NCBI GenBank assembly: GCA_013115125.1
Contig: JABANN010000002.1
Span: 62,001 to 126,000, forward strand
Direction: 5' to 3'
From: Perkinsus olseni
Taxonomy: Eukaryota
DNA length: 64,000 bases
The position numbers and the translations under genes are program-made. Below, in pieces: positions 25,096 to 37,520 of the stretch. The first letter of the stretch is position 1. Every line of letters starts with the position of its first letter. The notes under the pieces are model-generated. The model saw nothing but the letters and a program-made list of their open reading frames with translations, made no database searches and was not told the origin of the DNA.

Positions 25096-25849
25096 ATGGC
25101 CAATGGTTACTACGCAAGACCTAATGATTGGCAGATGGTGCCGGGGACGTCATGCGCTGTGATGGAGGTTGACGATACTAGGCCGGGCAAAAGGAAGCTC
25201 GGTAACAAAACACCTCTGCCGGGGTTCGAACCCACCACCTCTGCATGTTGCAGGTGATGTTGACGGACCTAGCGATTTTGCTGGTGGAATCTCCAGCGTA
25301 ATAAGTAGCTGCAGCAGCGCCAGTACGTGCCCGCCGCCGATGGCCGTGTGTGACGATGAGGAGAAGGATGTGAAACGAGTGCGGACCGGTGAGGCACCTG
25401 AGAGTGCGCACCGGAACCCGTATGAGGTAGTAGGCCGGGCAACACTGCACCCGAATGGAGGCCTATTTTGCGAATTTCGTGGCGCGCGAAGTATGAGCTA
25501 ACTGTCTGTGATTAAGGCTTCCCTTGCTCTCATATAGTATGAGCATTTGAATCACCAAACCAATCATCGCTGGATACGCTACCAACCTACGGCGTGAGTT
25601 GCGGAATAGTGCATCATCAAAGGCCAGCCTAGCGGGTCGATGCTTGTCTCCCTGATTCCCGTTGTGGTCGACACGAATGGTTATTTTCAGGTGATAAATG
25701 CAATGCTTCGCTCCGCTAATCTTGATAAACAACGGAGGGCGGAGGAGGCGGCCGAGATTGAGAGGCTGCGGGTCGAGCAGTACTGGGCTCAGCACAATCG
25801 ATGGCTCCAGCAGAACCTCAGTCATCTCCGACAGGGCAATGGACAGTGA
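25096..25849 (+). CDS. Small 3-exon hypothetical protein
   Basis: MANGYY...KRKL G|DVDG...NPYE|VINAML...GNGQ*. Introns 25202-25253 and ~25427-25690 restore the frame. Confidence 0.7.
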
Positions 25850-26229
25850 AAAACTTATCATTACTATGGTGCTGTTGTAGCTGATGCTATCCTGTATCAT
25901 TTTCCTTACACGTCTTGCATACACTCGGATTTTCTCAACGTATACGAGGGATAACTACCTGTATTTACTCTGTGATATAGGCGGCGGTTCTGACCAAATA
26001 TAGTGGCGTTTGCCGAAGGGACAAACTTTCGGGTATCTTGCATATCTTGCGTTTTCTCAATATGAGTGCAGTGGATAGCGCCTTACTAGGGGCCGCGGTC
26101 TAGCTGCTTAGTGCCAGTTGCGCTTAGTCGGTTACCCTTTGTTCTCCCTGTCGAGCGGACCGCTAAAGCAATGGTGAGGTATGGTAATGGTCCGGCAATG
26201 CCGCGAGAGCGGGTATGGTGAATTTGTGA

Positions 26230-26302
26230 GCCCTGCTGGCCCAATGGATAAGGCGCCACCTTCCTAAGCTGCAGACTCCGGGTTTGATCCCCGGGTAGGG
26301 TA
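26230..26302 (+). pseudogene. Degenerate tRNA-Arg(CCU) copy
   Basis: 73-nt copy of the gene at 27056-27128. The anticodon stem CCACC/GCTGC is mispaired and the T-loop reads TTTGATC. Confidence 0.8.
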
Positions 26303-26891
26303 TTTGCTTTCCCTCTGTGTATAAGCCTCTGGATGCGTACTGTGGGGAGACTCCGAAAGTATCATCATACAACGTGAACTGCGTTTTCAGCAGATGTTAT
26401 TTTCATTGGCTCTCGGCGCGACCCTCAGGAGTCCAATGGCCCGTATCACCTGGACCATGCTTCCTCGCATGCGAATCGTAACGGAGCCTGAGCCGCCATT
26501 GGCTATTTTCTGCCGCCGAGATCGCGGGGCCAGGTTCAAAACGATAAGACGGTGAGTGAACTTTACTTCGACCTCCTGCGGCCTGATAGAATCGTCGACA
26601 AACGAGTGGGTCGACGGGTTTTATCCGTCAGGCGGCATTATAGGCAACAGAAGCGCAAAGCCAAGGAAAGACAGCAAGAATCGACCGAAGGGCGGAGCCA
26701 GTTCACCCGCACCCTGTAACTGTGCCAAGTGATAACGAGTGTGGTTTCTGATTCGCCGTATAAAGTTGTGTTCAATAGAGTGGGCTGTGGCGTTGGCAGT
26801 CTGCGTCGGTATTTGCGGCTCCAAACTGAAACACGCCTTTGACTCAGTGAGTCAGACTCAGTATAGTGTATGAACAAACGCCGAATCTCCC

Positions 26892-28256
26892 ATGAGTTCC
26901 TCAGCTTCGACCTCGGCTAACTCACTCGAGACTGATATTTCGAAAGGGTTGCAGACGATCGAGACAAAAACGGAAGTAAGGCGGGCGGTTCAGATTAACA
27001 ACCTGTGGGTTACAGGCCGAGCAGAGACAGCTGGGGAGTAAAAAGTAAAAATATTTACCCTACCCGGGGATCGAACCCGGAATCTCCACCTTAGGAGGGT
27101 GGCGCCTTATCCATTGGGCCAGCAGGGCTGTTGATAACATTATCCTGCCAATAAGTGTTGTCTTCTCCCCGGCTTGATCACTTTTTGTAGGTTCAATGTA
27201 TTTCGCTCAGCATCCTTCAACGAGAACTACACGAAGCTCGGAGGCGCGAAAGTAAAATGGTCCAAGAAATAGACCGGCTTGAAGAGAGGTGCAGTGAGCT
27301 CGACGATGCGGCTCGCGGTGTGAGTGAGGAAGCTCAAGAAGCTCGGCGACAATCCGCATCCCGAGCCATAGAATCGCAATTCTTGCGCGGAGAACTCGAA
27401 GAGGTGAAGAGGAAACTAACCGAAGCGGAGCAACGGGCAGCGAGGTACCGCGCCGAGAAATTCAGAGCGGAGCGAGAGGTCCAGGATATCCACTGGGAAC
27501 AATCTAAGAAGGATCACTCAAGTGACTCACGGATGGAGAGATTGCGAGAAAAAATTTCGAACTTGGAGTGCGCGTATCAGTCTGCCTTCGCCATGAACAA
27601 GGAGAACGAGGAACTTTGCACGTGTCTGCAGCTGCGGCTAAAAGCCATGTCGGAGCAAATGCTCATTTTGCAAAAAGAAAATATCCGCGTAAGACAATCG
27701 CTGAGCTCGAGGATTACGGAACTTATGCGGCAAAGTGAAGAGGACGAGGAAGAGGAAGATTCAGTCGACGACGAACGAAGTGTACATGAGTTGGTGCGGG
27801 ACAATGAGCTGCTGAGGAGCCGAGTACGGTATTTAGCCAGTTTACTCACTTCCGACGGGCATGCTGATTTGGGCGAAAACCACATTGAGAGGACGATTTA
27901 CGACCGTATCGTGTCCGAACTGAGAACTCTAGAGGTGAGTGCCTGGGAGTGTACGACAGCTCCCTTTTTCTCGGACTTCGTTCATCCCGGAGCTGAGGGT
28001 GTTCTTCATTTGTTTTTCTGCGCAGGTCGTGAAAGCAGACCAGGATACCGAGATTTCTCGGCTGACGGCTGAGATGGCGCGACTCCGAGATGACATTAAC
28101 GCTTTTGGCCTCGATATCGGGGACGAGGGCAACTTCCGCATGAACGATGAAGCGGAGACCAAAAGTCGCGAGAGTCGAAAGAGCAAGGGTGGCAAGCGAG
28201 GGTCGAAGTCGAGACGCCGACGGCGGTCAGTGTTGGCCGATTGCGTGCCTCAGTGA
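26892..28256 (+). CDS. Coiled-coil protein of unknown function, multi-exon
   Basis: MSSSAST...TKTE|VQCISL...MVQEID... with E/R/K/L-rich heptads. Introns at 26976-27190 (may hide a micro-exon) and ~27935-28025. Confidence 0.7.
27056..27128 (-). tRNA. tRNA-Arg(CCU), intact, antisense within an intron
   Basis: GCCCTGC..GTAGGGT acceptor stem, CCACC-CTCCTAA-GGTGG anticodon arm, CCGGG-TTCGATC-CCCGG T arm, followed by a TTTTT Pol III terminator. Confidence 0.95.
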
Positions 28257-29552
28257 ATAGTTGCCACTGGCAACTTGCCAGCATGTGATGTGTGAATGTT
28301 CCTCCTCGCCGAAATGGTCCCTTGTTGTGCTTCATAGTTCGGGATTCGATAAGCTCAACTACTCACTAACAAGTTGTTAGCAGTGCGAAGTTTTCTCAAC
28401 TCGACGCTAGTGGATGATTCCATTGCTGCAGTTCCACTTGAACGAGAGGATCTTAAGATTCCTTCAGCAATGCGGTCCTAAGTTTCCGAGGATTAGTATT
28501 CTCCTCCGTCCATAAGGATCGCAAGGCATTGAAAACGCGGTCATGAATTGGTTCGAAGCTCCACGGGGCTTTCGTAGCTTTCGGAACTCACGCATGATCC
28601 GAGCGTATCAGCTCGGATGTCTTCAAACTGATTGAAGCGGTCGCGTAGGACCCCTTTCCCCAGGATCTTCCGCCCGGGGAGCACGCTCCGCACGCATGCA
28701 CAAGTTTGTCTCGAGAAGAGTTCGTACACCCGCGATCACAGCGGTATTGACGGAGGGCTTCCGTTCTTGAGTGCATCAAACTCATTGGTCCAGCTCGGCC
28801 TGACACTGGTCGGAGTCGCGCATCCCCAAAGTCGAACGGGCATATGACGCGCTTTGACCGAGGGGACCTCGTCATCTGGGTCTTCTGAGTCACGCCACTC
28901 ACAGAGGGGCTCACAAGCGTTGAAAGGCTGGATTGTTTTGCAGGAAGAATGAGCTGTGTCCGAGAGCCCGTTTCCGACGCCAAGTGAATGCACATCGTTC
29001 CCTGCCGAAGCCAGGGCGATGCGGCCAGTTCGTTCCCGCTCTAGCTCGAGTAGGGGTGATTGCTGTCTCCCTGGCCCTCTGGACCACCAATGAACGATAT
29101 CAGAAGGGCAGCGCACCGGTAAGGGGTCGAGCGATGTGAACATGACAGAGTGAGTCGGGAAGCTTACAGACTGGGAGCCACAGTAGCCCGTACCAGCCCA
29201 CACCCACTGTATGCCGGAGAACTCAAGCTCTGCCCTGGTCGTTCGAGGTAGCACAGAACGCATGCGCTGATGGGGGGAGCCGCACGCGTGTACAGCAGGA
29301 TAACTGTCTCTGACTGAGAGACTAGTGATGCCGATCTACTTTGCAACCGTCGACTTTCGCCGCTCTCGCCAGTTGACGATGAGACATCACAGTCGCATCC
29401 ACCTGTCTGGTCCAATCACTTTTGTGTTCAACTGTGACGTGGTCTGTAACTCCGTGATGGTCGCGCCGCAGTTGTGAGCAGGTGACCGCGAGTCTCAGCT
29501 GTCCGGTGCACCATGTCAGTTGTCACCATTATTCCCATCTCACCCACTTGCC

Positions 29553-32222
29553 ATGGGGTGGCCGAGCAGAGTCTTATCCGCTTTAGTCCTAGTTTGCAGC
29601 TGGAACGCGGTGACAGCCGGTGAGTTTATCGCTTCCCAAGCTCGCTCTTCACGCAGTGCTATCATCGATCGGTCGGAGCCGTCCCTTGTGAGGTTCATTG
29701 CGACCCGAGGAGTCTCGCGACTTGCAAGGAAACGTCGGAGCCTCGCCGCTGTGCCTGAGTGAGTACTTCCAAGAACATGGTTACATCGAGGTCGGTCCCG
29801 GCGTGAAGTAAGGCTGCTCAACGGCGCTCAATAGGGACCTGTCCGCTCAACAGGTATTTCTTCATGTTCATCAAATCCTATTTCTTCCCCGCAAGTGACC
29901 CCACCATCATATGGCAGCAAGGGGAGTCCGGACTGAGCGGCCTGACTTCGTTCTTGACGACCAATGGACCGTGCACCCTCAACACGTCCTCAGGCAACAC
30001 CACATTCAGGAACTCGTAGGCTTCGATGGTAACGTCATTTCCCTACACGTCTATTAGGTTGAACTGGAATCAGGCATTTAACGTACTGTGGATCGATGAG
30101 CCTGCTGGCGTTGGCTTCAGCACAGGGACCACCGTCACGGACGTTCCGACGCGGGCGGCATACATGTCGGGCAGTTCTCCTCAGCAACCACGAATTTACT
30201 GCGCTTTTTACAGGAGAAACTTCACCATCAATTTCTTCAAGAGATTCCCGCAGTACAACCACCGAGTGTACTTCTTCGGCTCCTCCCAGGCGGGTGGGTC
30301 TCTCATTACCGGCTCTTGAGAGTCGCCTCATGGCACCCCTGCCAGGTCTAGTAATCCCGAAAGTTGCCAAGAGTATTTACGAGTACAACGAGGGCAAGAG
30401 TAGACTGAAGAAGATAAACCTAGTGGGAATAGCTCTCATCAACGCTCTGGTCTCTATGAGGATGCAGTACGTCCGTGGATGCTCGCGTTCATCGGGAAAT
30501 CGTCAACGCTCAGATACGCGAGCCTCCCCAAAATGGCCTATGACAGTCCACCAGCCCCCAGGAGGATAACCAAAGAGCAGTACGTGGCATTTCCAGGGGA
30601 ATCTTTTGGACCCGTCTTCTACCAGCGTCGAGTTCAGATACGACAAGATGAACTTAGAGGCACTGAAATGCGTTAACTTTGCGACGCTGTGTAACCTGGG
30701 CCAAGGTGCGTCTCAGCCAACTGCCTGCAGGCCAGGTCGTCGCCCTCAGCTAAAGCAGACTGTGATCGAGCATACGACGCCTGCCAGAGTAGCACTGTAT
30801 ACTCCCTGCCCAAGGAAGTGAGCATTAACATGTGAGTTCAACGGTCGGAGCGGCGGGGGTTCAGCTGCGGTGGCAGGTATGATCTTCGGCAAGTGTGCCA
30901 GAACCAAGAACCGGACTACTGCCGGCCCTACGCTCAGGTGCGTCTCTATCACCTGAGACAACAGGGAACGGCTGTGATTGTCAGGTTGAGACTTTTCTGA
31001 ACAGGGCTGATGTGAAACAGAGTATGGGGGTTGACCCGAAGTTTGTTTACAAGCGATACAACCCAAAGGTGTGTCTCGCCCTAATTAGTAATTCAGAATC
31101 GATTCTAGAATCCATTTTTACGCATTAAGTGCGGTTACAGAGTCGATTCTGAATTTCAGAATTTCTGACTTATTGAGTTGAACTTTCTGTTTCCCTGCTT
31201 AGGTAGACAAAGACCTACGGAGCGACGCCAGTTACTACGCGGACTCGTATGAGATTCTAGGCTCGATGATGGACAATAACGGACTCAAGGTGGGATACCT
31301 GTCCAACTCGTCTCTCTCCGGCCTTCCGTAGCGTGGCCAGTTGGAGTTCTATCCTTCATAAACGCCCCAAGAGCATACACTTTCGGTACTGTGAGAGTGT
31401 CCACCAGTCAGTCGCCAATAGACTTTCTGCACTTAGTAGTGTGAGCTTCAAGTCTGTGATGAGCTTGGTTTGAGGAGGGCACAACAGTATGATGGATACC
31501 AAAATAGTGCTTCTTAGCTCCTTGTGGTGGCGGGTGATTACAGCTACATGCAGCCCTGGACCACCACCAAGGAATGGCTTCTGAACGTTAAGTTCAGTCA
31601 ACAGGACCAGTTCAAGAACACGAAGGATGTTGACCTCAAGGTGACTCAAGCCCTCACTGCGAAGCGATCATCCCTGTTGTCCTTCAGACGGATAAGACGA
31701 CGACTATAGGGCAGATCAGATACTTGAAGCTGCCGCACCACGCCAGGATTGTATTCGTCAGAGTGAGCTTGATGTTCATGACCACGCTACCGCTGATGAC
31801 GCTCACAGCGTATGCTGCGCTTTCGGTTAACGCCATTAATCGCTCGTGTGCATGAGTTCATAGTCCAGCGACGCTTCCGGCTCGGTTAGACCCTTACCGG
31901 TGTCCTCAGTTAGAGGCTCTGTGTAGCGTGGATTTGCGGTGCAACCAGTGGGTTCATTATTTGATCTCGATAGCTTCTATTAGATCGTAAGAGAATTTAC
32001 GTTCCTGCATTACTCGGTGAATCACGGTTCTCAGCAAACATAGGTTTTGTAGTATAGAGATGAATCTAGTGCTTCTTCGCGCATGGGAACAATTGGTCGG
32101 TACTGTGAAGTGGACGTCTTTCTTTGCAGTTATACGGAGCCGGGCAGGACATTGCCCAAGCAGCGGCCTTACCGACGCTGGAAACTTTGAACTATTTCAT
32201 TCTTGACACGTTCCCCGTTTAA
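29553..32222 (+). CDS. Serine carboxypeptidase (peptidase S10) homologue, secreted, probably catalytically inactive
   Basis: Signal peptide; YFFMF, DPTIIW, NGPC, LWIDEPAGVGFS, FFKRFPQY, GSSQAG, INLVGIALIN, YDLR, LLVVAGD, LYGAGQ across many exons. Confidence 0.85.
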
Positions 32223-32769
32223 TGGTGTCACCATTCGTCAAGGCTATTCTTGTTAGCTTCTGCTTCAACAGTCTTCCGGATTCCGAGTACTCTGCTTTTG
32301 TTGAGTTGGCGGAAGTGCATGCGCTGCGCTCACACAAGCACCGTTAGCGAAATGACGAAATGGGCTGGTAGCACGACGCCCAAAAATTTACGAGATGAGA
32401 GGTTGGGTCGTACGAGGGTTGTTATTAACTGGGGAGAGCTACGGCGGCGTTAGAAATACTTCAGCCGTCGTGGCCCTGCCCGGCATCCCAACATTTTGAG
32501 TTCGGTATGACAACCGAAAGTGATTTGAATGGAGATAGCCCATTGCCGAACCTCAAGCCTCGAGGAAGCACTGTGTCCAGTACAACACTAACAGCTTATT
32601 CGAAGTGCCGATATTCGATTTCCAACTGAGAGTCCCTAACTGAGCACATCATCAGCAAGAGTTCTAGCTATGCCGGAGCCAGCGTTGGACTACGATCTCA
32701 CACAGGATTAGAGACGTTCGTATTGATCTGCGTTGTCGGCTACGCAACATTGAAAGAATTAATGAAACT

Positions 32770-35700
32770 TTACTTGCGCTTACCGGGCCGATACAGTGCG
32801 GGGGCTACGTCGACGAGCCACTGACTTTCTATCTGGCTGATGTGGATCATCTCGTAAGTGCCATTGTGAGCACCAGTATCGATACCGTGACTATAAACGA
32901 CGTAGTTGGGAGGCTTCTGGACGCCATAAAGCACACTCTGTTGGCCTATCATCAACTGCCGTTGTCCGTCCAACAACGACACGTACTGACCGCTGCTGTT
33001 CACTTGTGCCGCGGCGTTGGCCGCAAAGGCACCGCAGATGCAGCGACAGAGCGGCTCGATGTCCTCACCACAAGATTCGTCAACCTTAGACTGTGCCTTG
33101 GCGGTGTCCGTACCGGAGTCGATGAGCGCTTGGCAGAGCTGGCGCCGAACGACGCCGGCGATTTTCGCAGCTCGGGACATCGAGCCAACGTGAACCATAT
33201 GGCGATGAGCCCAGTCCGTGTCACCATCGACGGCCGTCTCGTTTTCCCGCCATTCTCGATACACATTTATCATCGTCAGCATATCCCCTTCGTGGACACC
33301 AAGTGAACGCTTGCACGCCGCCAGACGTTCCCGAGTGCTTCTGCTGTGCGGCCTGGCCCAGATGGAGTCGATGCTCATCAGAGCCGCGAGTTGTATGGCT
33401 TCAAGTGAGCAGCCATAGTCGACAGACAACAGCAGCAGTCGGGCTTGGGCGGGGCTCAGTGGAAGGAACTCAGCCGCACGCTTGTCCGCGATGATACCAT
33501 TGTCATCGATGAATCCCAAGACACGGAGCTCCTCGAGGGCAGCTTCCGTGGCGCGCGCTGATGGCGGTGTGAGCCACTCTAGCGAACAGACGTTGCGAAC
33601 ACCGAGAGAGATGATCTGGAGTAACACCGACGAGAGGGACGGCGTCCGTGTTATTTCTGGAAGGGACTTGTCGGGGAAGATTCCGAGCGATGATTTGGGG
33701 AAAAGACGGTAGCAAGTCCCTGGGCAAACTCGACCAGCACGGCCAGCGCGTTGTACTAGCTGCTCCTTGCTGCACGGGGTTACCTAATAGAGACGATACT
33801 TCCACTTGAAACCACACAGCGGCCCTTACCAGAAGAGCGTGATGGTTGGGGACCACGGCGACCGCCTGCTTCACGAAGCCCGTGTCAACCACAAAGCCGA
33901 CGTTAGGGATGGTCACGCCGCTCTCGGCCACGTTGGTGGAGTAGACTACTTTGCGGCTGCCTCGGGCGACTGGTTTGAGGGCCTCGAGTTGAAGCCCGAC
34001 TGGGAGGCCGGAATGGAGGGCGTAAGTGACAAGAGGACCACCGCCAGCAGGCCGACTGAAGAGGAAAAGCTCATACCAAATTTTCAGCAACTCTCAGAGA
34101 GGACCAGTGATCGTGTGGCAAACGCCGAGAAGAATCGCGATGAAAACAGCCGCGATAGAAGAAGGCTCCGCGTGCGACAACTGTCAACTGGCATGCAAGA
34201 CGCCTTCCGATGGGCAGCAAATTTTCAGCAACTCTCAGAGAGGAGCAGCGATCGTGTGGCAAACGCCGAGAAGAATCGCGGTGAAAACAGCCGCGGTAGA
34301 AAAAGGCCCCGCGTGCCACTACTTTGAATTGGCATGCAAGACGCCTTCCGATGGGCAGAAAATCGCGGCTATTCTACCGCGAACTGCTCGGTATGTAGAG
34401 GAGCATTCCTTCTACAAATAACCATAAGTATCATTTTAGAGTGGGATCATGTCGCTATGCAGTTGATGTTAGCGCGACCTTGGTATCCAAGATTCTACCA
34501 GGGATAGCATCAACAAATCCTTCATACTCAACCATACACGACAGGCAGGCCTCGGAGTATGCTAGGAAACGCTCTACTTTGCCCCGTCAAAACCTCTACG
34601 GATTTCCTCGCCCATCGTCACGACAACTACAGAGCCACTAAGCGCTGCTCCCGAAGAGCTGAGCGGCCGCGAAGGTGCTACTTGTTATCCGTCATCCTCT
34701 CCTTCGTCAACTTTACCGCGGCATCAATCTCCTCTTGGCCAGTCAAGAACACTAGGATGTCGGCTCCGTAGGGCGGGACTGAGGGGCGACTGGGGAATGG
34801 CAAGTTGGCGAAGGGAAAGAGAGTCCTTCTAATTCACAGACCCTAGAGCGGGAACGTCTGCACTTTCCACATAATTAAGCTGTGCTCATTCTAGCTTCGC
34901 ATAGTCAATTCCCGTTCTCTTCCCACTTCTCATCTGCTCTATCGCGTGCACTATGAGCTCAGTCTACCTTCGCTGCGTTCTACGGGATAATGCACATCTT
35001 CAAAACAGAGTAAGACTGCTGCCTGCGTAGTGACTCAGAGGGTGCCCAATAGATAAATTCCCAGGCTCAAGATCGATTCTGAAGCCGCATATACGCGTGA
35101 AATCAGTTCCAGTATCGATTCTGAGCCTCACAATCAGTTCACTGCGCACCCGATCGTTCGAACAAGGCAGAAAATACGACGAAGGTCGAACCACATCAGT
35201 CGATGACGCGAAGGGACAAACTCAAGCAACGAATGATCAGTAGACGTTCTAAAACCAGCAAAGGAAGCCTACTTTCTTGAGACGTATGAATCCGCATCAC
35301 CGCCTCGACCGCAGTCGCCACATAATTAGCGCAAGCCTCGGCCAGGTAGTGGGTGGCCACTGGATAACACCGTCCTTCCACCGACATCGTGACCACCTGA
35401 AGCCCCACCAAACCGTGACAGCCGCCACTCTGAGATCGCCGCGCTCACCGTATCCAGCTCGCCTCCTCGGCCAACATCGGTGAGGTCGAGCACGGCCTCC
35501 CTGTCCGAGGGGATCTCGAAATCCCACTTGGATTTCCGTCGAGGTCGCTTCACCTCGGGCCGGCCAGGATCACCTGCTTTCTTGCCAAGATGCTTCGTGA
35601 CGAATTTCTGGACGCTCAGTGCATCTAGAGTAGCACTGGACATAATCAGCCTAAAAATGGGTGAAAAATTCCGGCGCGAATGATTCTCCAAAATCTTACC

Positions 35701-37072
35701 TTAGTTTAGGCCGTTTTGGCATGATTCTGGTGACTAAAAGACTGAACAATAGGTCCAGTTGTGTCGATCGCTCATGGAAGTCATCAAGCATGATGACACT
35801 ATACCTGAGGCCAGCAGAAGTCGTGGAATCCTCACACTAGCCACACCACAATTTTCAAATTACGACGACGGAGCGAAGCTTGTTCAATCGAAGCGGCCAA
35901 CCGAGAAGGGGTTGGAGAGTATCGGGAAAGACGGAACTTCGAAGCCTACCACAGCCACTTCGCGCACTCGAGCCCAAATAATGGCAAGTCCGCCAGAGCC
36001 ATTGTGACTGGGCTGTTGACTCACTGTGTGAAGAGGGGGTCTGCGGGCATGTAGGCAAGGGCCATACCATCCGTGACGACCATGATTCGATTACGGGCCT
36101 CGTCAACATTCCTCTCGAAGCGGATCTGCCAACCCACCACGCCGGGGGAGCCTGCGAACGGGGAGCAGCAGGAGCTCAGCACGCAAGGGTGGCTGTTGGG
36201 TATGGGACGGAACCGAATATCGAAATACTCCGCTCGTCTAGACTTCGGAATGAGAAGAGAATACTGTAATTCTCGAAGCGGAGAGTTCCTGTCGCACTGT
36301 GAAAGTGATGGTTCCGTTATTACCAATCTCCTGCTGCATTCGGGAGGCCACCGACACGCAGGTGATACGACGCGGCACAACCTGAGCGAACGGTCTAGAC
36401 TGCCCTTGACAGGAGAGCAAGCATGGGAGGCTACCAGAAGGACTTTATAGCCGTTCTTGGTGTATCCGCACTCGTCCAGCCACTGTGGGATCTGAGTGCT
36501 CTTCCCACAGCCCGTGGAGCCCACCACGATAGATACACGGTGACGGTAGATACCGTAGAGAAGCTCTGAGCAAATCACGAATATTACAGTACTCAGAAAT
36601 CGATCAGCCGTTTCAGAATAGTGCAAAGGACTGGGCCTTTTTGATTATGCAAAAAGCATTTTTTCGTATCTACTTCATGTGATAGAGTTTGCTGATGATC
36701 TTTACCTCAAACGAAGGAGGAACCCGAACAGTGAACAAGTTGTAAGCGATCCACCGTCTCGTAGAAAATATCACAGTGAAGTATTGTGGATGTCTAAAAC
36801 TCGGTCAACCGTTTCGCAGAAAATATTACTGTAAAATATCACGGATCCCCGGAAATCGATCAGCCGTTTCAAAAGAGTGCGAACTAGCGTATGAGGGAAA
36901 GTGTCGGAGGACCGACCAGCCTACCGTCCTTCTTGGCCCAGATTGGTAGTCGTGATCGGCCTCGTCCCCGCAAGCCTATGGACAGGGCTCCAGCTTCATC
37001 AGGGCTCGAAGACTCCAGCAGGAACGACCTAGAGGCCGCTGATGAGAGGGATCCTGGAGGGAGGAAGGACAT
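32770..37072 (-). CDS. DHX35: DEAH/RHA-family RNA helicase, DHX35-like, multi-exon
   Basis: N-terminal MSFLPPG; GSTGCGKSTQIPQ, PRR, VGWQIRF, TDG, LDDFHER, MSSAT, ILVFLTGQEEI, STNVAESG, QRAGRAGR, plus the HA2/OB C-terminus. Confidence 0.85.
34077..34358. repeat. Two tandem 141-bp near-identical copies inside a DHX35 intron (34056-34681)
   Basis: CAAATTTTCAGCAACTCTCAGAGAGG... starts at both 34077 and 34218. Confidence 0.9.
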
Positions 37073-37520
37073 CTTCAAACGGCGACACCCTGAGAAAAGA
37101 AGTGAACCCGTCCGCCATGCCTTTCTAAAACACCATGAATTATGGTCCCTAATGCCCCGACGATTATGGTCCATAATCGTCGGGAGACCCCGACGAGACT
37201 GCACTGGTGCTCTTCTCACCGAATCTGCCATTCCCATCAAGAGACGGTCTGACGAATTCTCAAACAGTACTGAAGTTCCAACTCGCGAGAAAATTCTACG
37301 AAAAATTGCCATTACTGTTACGACTGGTTAAGACGGCAGATTGAACATTGTCTCAAAAGCGGGTCGCCGCGAAGCGAATTTCATGCCGATGCGACAAGCC
37401 CCCGTCGAGAGTCCTTCACCACGAAACGCAATGTCCGCAGTACGTCGAAACTATTGGTACAGTGGATAAATGCATGACTAACAACCCCAAGGCCGAGGTT
37501 CAATCCCGCCGTATGGCAAA

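Noticed and set aside
28541-29415. Long near-open minus-strand frame
   Set aside because: Has an internal stop and no recognisable motifs or clear splice pattern; left unassigned.
30165-30213. Possible GC-AG or other non-canonical introns (also at ~61226)
   Set aside because: A canonical GT donor gives the correct frame in each case I checked.
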